Under the pieces are notes generated by a model. The model was not told the DNA's origin. It did not search any database and saw only the letters and a program-made list of their open reading frames with translations. From the NCBI RefSeq assembly GCF_028641065.1, contig NC_073410.1, forward strand, positions 11,658,056-11,720,000: a stretch of 61,945 nucleotides of DNA, in the 5' to 3' direction. Positions 58,301 through 61,945 of this stretch are shown here, in pieces (positions within the stretch are counted from its first letter, which is position 1; every line of letters starts with the position of its first letter). Both the position numbers and the translations under genes were made by a program. Origin of the DNA: Leucoraja erinacea. Taxonomy: Eukaryota.

Positions 58301-58689
58301 CTCCTCTCTTTTAGTTTAAAAATTCCATAGGTGGCCCTCTGAAATCTACTGCAGATTGTTGAAACTGCTGCAGACTGTAACATACCGTGAAGAGAATAGC
58401 AGAGTTGAATTTATAAAGATTTGGGATGCACAGCTGGAACTAATGGAGTGAACATCAAATGAGAACAAGAACTAACTGAAATGTCTGCCATTTCTTCAGC
58501 AATAAGCAATATTCCAAGTCGAAAGCTTGGAAACAGAAGGGAAAAACAATTTAGTCATGAAGTAAATCCAGCATGAAGGTGAATCCATTTGGAAAATGAG
58601 AACTTGTGGGGAACAACAAAAATTGCTTTTAAATCGCAGCAGGTACAATGCTAAAGAGTTGTAACTGATGAAATAGATGAGAAAGGATA

Positions 58690-59208
58690 GAAGGTTCTGG
58701 AAAACTCAGCAGGCCAGGCACCTTCGCAAGAGGACATACTGTAGATAAGTAATGGGGCCCTTCTTCAGACTGATTGTATCGTTCATTCCTGGGCCTCCAC
58801 CATTACTAGAGTGAGGCCACATGTAAATTGGAGAAACAGCACCTCATATTCCACTTGGGTAGCTTACAACACAACGGTATGAATATTGAATTCTCCAATT
58901 TTAGGTAACGACAAAACCTTTGCCCTCTCCCGTCTCCCCATCCCCTCCCCCCCCCCCTCCCCCCCCCCCCCTCCCCCCCGTCTCCCCTTCCCTCCCCCCT
59001 AAACCACCTCCACCCCCTTATTTCATCCTCACACATATTTCTCCCCTCCCCCTCCTCTTCCACCCACAGCTTCACACAACCAGTCCGAAGAAGGGTCCCG
59101 ACCCGAAACGTCACCTATCCATGTTCTCCAGAGATGCTGCCCGACCCGCTGAGTTACTCCAGCACTTTGTGTTGTTTTATTTGCAAACCAGCATCTGCAG
59201 TTCCTTGA
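58690..59208 (+). mobile_element. 5'-truncated Penelope-like element: inverted terminal segment, GIY-YIG C-terminus, 3' terminal repeat
   Basis: 58789-58908 translates as [38 protein letters not shown]; inverted partial repeat at about 58695-58775; terminal unit at 59082-59208. Confidence 0.8.
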
Positions 59209-59980
59209 ATCTAAACATATCATAAACCCAGCCATTGTTATAATGTGGGAAACATAGCAATCGTGGGCACCAAGTTCCCATCAACTATAGAGAAGTTAAT
59301 GAGCAGAAGATTGTGACCTTAGTTCATATTGATTAGCGAGGGAGAGAGAGATACAATGGGCGGGAGCTGAAGCAATTAAGTATCTACAAGACTCCAGCAC
59401 CACTTTGCTCGGGCTATGACGGATCACATAGGCCAAGAGTATTTAATGACAGGTTGTACCTTGGAAAAAATCCCACTCATGATTAACCAATGGTTCTAGG
59501 ATCAATTCACTGACGCTGGCAACAGCAAATGGAAAAACAAAGAAAATGTCTTGCGGGTGAGAAGTTTATGGAAAACAGCAGTAAAGTTTTGCAAGATTAA
59601 CAGTCGCACATAATAAAGAAGTGGCCCGTAACATTGTAGAACGCAAATCAACAAAAGTACAAGAAACTGTAGGTGCTGGCATCTAGAGCACTAAACAAAC
59701 TGCTGGAGGAAGGCAGTGGATCAAGCAGCATCAAGCAGCATCTGTAGAGGCGAGGTTTTGGGTCGAGACTTTGCATTGGGACTGATGCGGCAAATCTTTG
59801 ATGCTCTGCCTTGCTATTGCAGGGTTTTTTAGAGCTCATGTTGGCCAAGGACCAGTTGGTTGAGTTTGGATCAATTTTGAAGCCGTATATATGTAACATT
59901 ACGCCTTAAAAAGGGACGCAAATCCTACTGGGCTGTGATTTGTAACTAGTTTGAGTTCAGGTTTATTATTGTCACGTGTA

Positions 59981-60198
59981 CAAGCACCAAGCAGTTTACG
60001 CATGTTTGATTTGTGCGTTTTTTAAATTACGAGCTTGTTTAATTAATATTAAAACCTAATTTGCTCCCTGTATTTTTGAAATAACGTACTTAAATTTATG
60101 CCTGTTTAAATGTTTAAATTCTTATGTTTAATTTATGAATTTGAATTATATGCTGATTTTCTGGAACGTATATCCCCATATCAAACGTGAGGTGCCTG
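59981..60198. mobile_element. Tc1/mariner (Tigger-like) MITE
   Basis: TA TSD, caagcacc / ggtgcctg ends; cleanly interrupts the host repeat gtcacgtgTA|ttgaggtacagtgaaaagc. Confidence 0.7.
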
Positions 60199-60679
60199 TA
60201 TTGAGGTACAGTGAAAAGCTTGGTATTGCATGCTATCAGATCAGATAATACTTTAATTACATTGATACAATTTGTAGGTTTGAGTTTCCTCCCACACTCT
60301 AAAGACGTACAGGTTTACAGATTAATTGACTTGGTATCAATTGTAAAATTGTCCCTAGTGTGTGTGTGAGGTAGTGTTAATATGATCGCTTGTCGGCGCG
60401 GACACGATGGGCCGAAGGGCCTGTTTCCGCACTGTATCTCTAAATTAAACAATCAAGTCAAACTCAAGTACAATAGGTGGAGCAAAGGGGAAAATGAAAA
60501 AGTTGTGACTCACAATCAGTGACTCATTTCCACCGGACAATGAACAAGGATTGCAAATATCTTAGTTGAAGATAAAGCCTAAAATATCGTGTGTATTGTG
60601 ATTGAAACTCTTGGCAGATGGAAAATTATCGCTGAGAAATATATCGATGAGGCTAGAACCTGGTCCACACATTATTCCG

Positions 60680-60990
60680 ATGGTGGTACAGCAGTAGAGC
60701 TACTGCCTTACAGCGCCAGAGACCCGGGTTTGATCCTGACTACGGGTGCTGTCTGTACGGAGTTTGTACGTTCTCCCTGTGACCTGCGTGGCTCTTCTCT
60801 GAAATCTTCGGTTTCCTCCCACGCTCCAAAGACGTACATGTTGCAGGTTAATTGGCTTGGTATAAATGTAAAATTGTCCCTAATGTATGTGGGGTAGTGT
60901 CAATGTGCAGGGATTGCTGGTCGGCACGGACTTGTAATGGGCTGAAGGGCCTGTTTCCGTGCTGTATCTCCAAACTAAATTAAGCTAAAC
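60680..60990 (+). mobile_element. HE1/V-SINE-like SINE, near full length
   Basis: Head, V core, aaactaaa tail. Confidence 0.88.
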
Positions 60991-61573
60991 ATTGTGGTGC
61001 GGTGTTGCTGGTTCATATGTCAAGTGACCCAGGTTTAATTCTGAACTTTGGTGTCGTGTGTGTGCAGATTTTGCATGTTCTCCCTGTGTCCGCAAAAGTT
61101 GACCTTACATGTTCGAGTTTTCTCACACATCCCAAAGACAAGCAAACGGCCTCATCACTTGGCCACTGTATCTTGATCATGGATATTTCAGTCTGTGGAC
61201 CTGATGCTCTACAATGCTGAGAATATATTCTACACTCTTTATCTTGCCCTTTGCTCCAGCTATTGTATTTCAGTTTGAGTTGCATGGATTTACGTATCGT
61301 ATATCTGATCTGAACAACATACAAAACAAAGCTTGTGCACGTGACAATAACACCAAACCTGAACCTATATCTTGCAAGAGTGGCAGAAGGTTGCCGGGTG
61401 CGATGGGAATGCAGACAGATTAGTTTACAGGAACAAATACTGGTGGGGTTGAATTGCTCTGTGAGTTGTCAAAGTCGCTTGGAGCTGAAATGGTGTCATT
61501 ATATGTTGTGATGAAATAAGAAAATATCCTCTTATTGATCACAACCCTGAACATGAGGTAAAGGTCTTACTTT

Positions 61574-61860
61574 CATCATCATCATCGTCATCATCGTTGA
61601 AAACATCACGGTGCCTTACAATGCCGTGTACGACAGTGATCGCAACTTCTACTGAAGTGTGGATGGCCGTTGGCTCGCTAGGAGCTCATCCGCCCTTTGA
61701 CAGGTCTTGTTTTTGGTCCTGCTGGGGGTCCACAGCCCCCTCCTCATCTGGCAAACCAGGTGGGGGAGACGGTTTAGTCGCCGACTATCCGACCATGGAG
61801 CAGGTAGCACGGGATTACATGGTACCCGTGGCGGGGGGGAACTCCCCCCGACCTGACCTT
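61574..61860 (-). mobile_element. Short non-LTR element with a (GAT)n tail, possibly RTE-derived
   Basis: (cat)n on the + strand at the left end; GC/CpG-rich body unlike the flanks; the family call is an inference. Confidence 0.45.
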
Positions 61861-61945
61861 AAACTCCAACTTTATAGTCTTAAAGGCAACAAAAAAGAAT
61901 CAAGTTGAAGACTGCACATCACAGTTAGTAAAACATGGTGAAGGA

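Noticed and set aside
52877-61945. Second half of PDZ6 or phosphatase-domain exons
   Set aside because: No VNG-starting exon or PTP motif (KNRY, WPD, HCSAG) was seen; they are presumably beyond the window, though small exons could have been missed.

Overview
Vertebrate genomic DNA, most likely a cartilaginous fish (skate/ray/shark), inferred from HE1/V-SINE-like and CR1/HER1-like repeats. The window lies inside one large + strand gene. I can chain 12 GT-AG exons (4567-52876; 2034 nt, 678 codons) with compatible splice phases and no stop codon. They encode the end of PDZ2, complete PDZ3, PDZ4 and PDZ5, and the first half of a sixth PDZ domain of a PTPN13 paralogue, best read as the undivided FRMPD2/PTPN20 gene. 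Start, stop and any phosphatase domain lie outside the window. Introns are packed with repeats: tRNA-derived V-SINEs, CR1, Rex-Babar-like, Tx1/L1-like and RTE-like 3' fragments, Harbinger-, hAT- and Tigger-like MITEs, and many Penelope-like element (PLE) termini. The most striking non-coding signal is that the PLE termini carry a minimal hammerhead-ribozyme-like core (CUGAAGA-A-GGGU-N4-ACCC-GAAA-CG-UH). They recur as 70-200 bp, often self-complementary, insertions flanked by 9-17 bp target-site duplications (TSDs). One assembly gap is present (46972-47183). All family assignments come from recalled motifs, not database searches, and repeat boundaries are approximate unless a TSD is given.
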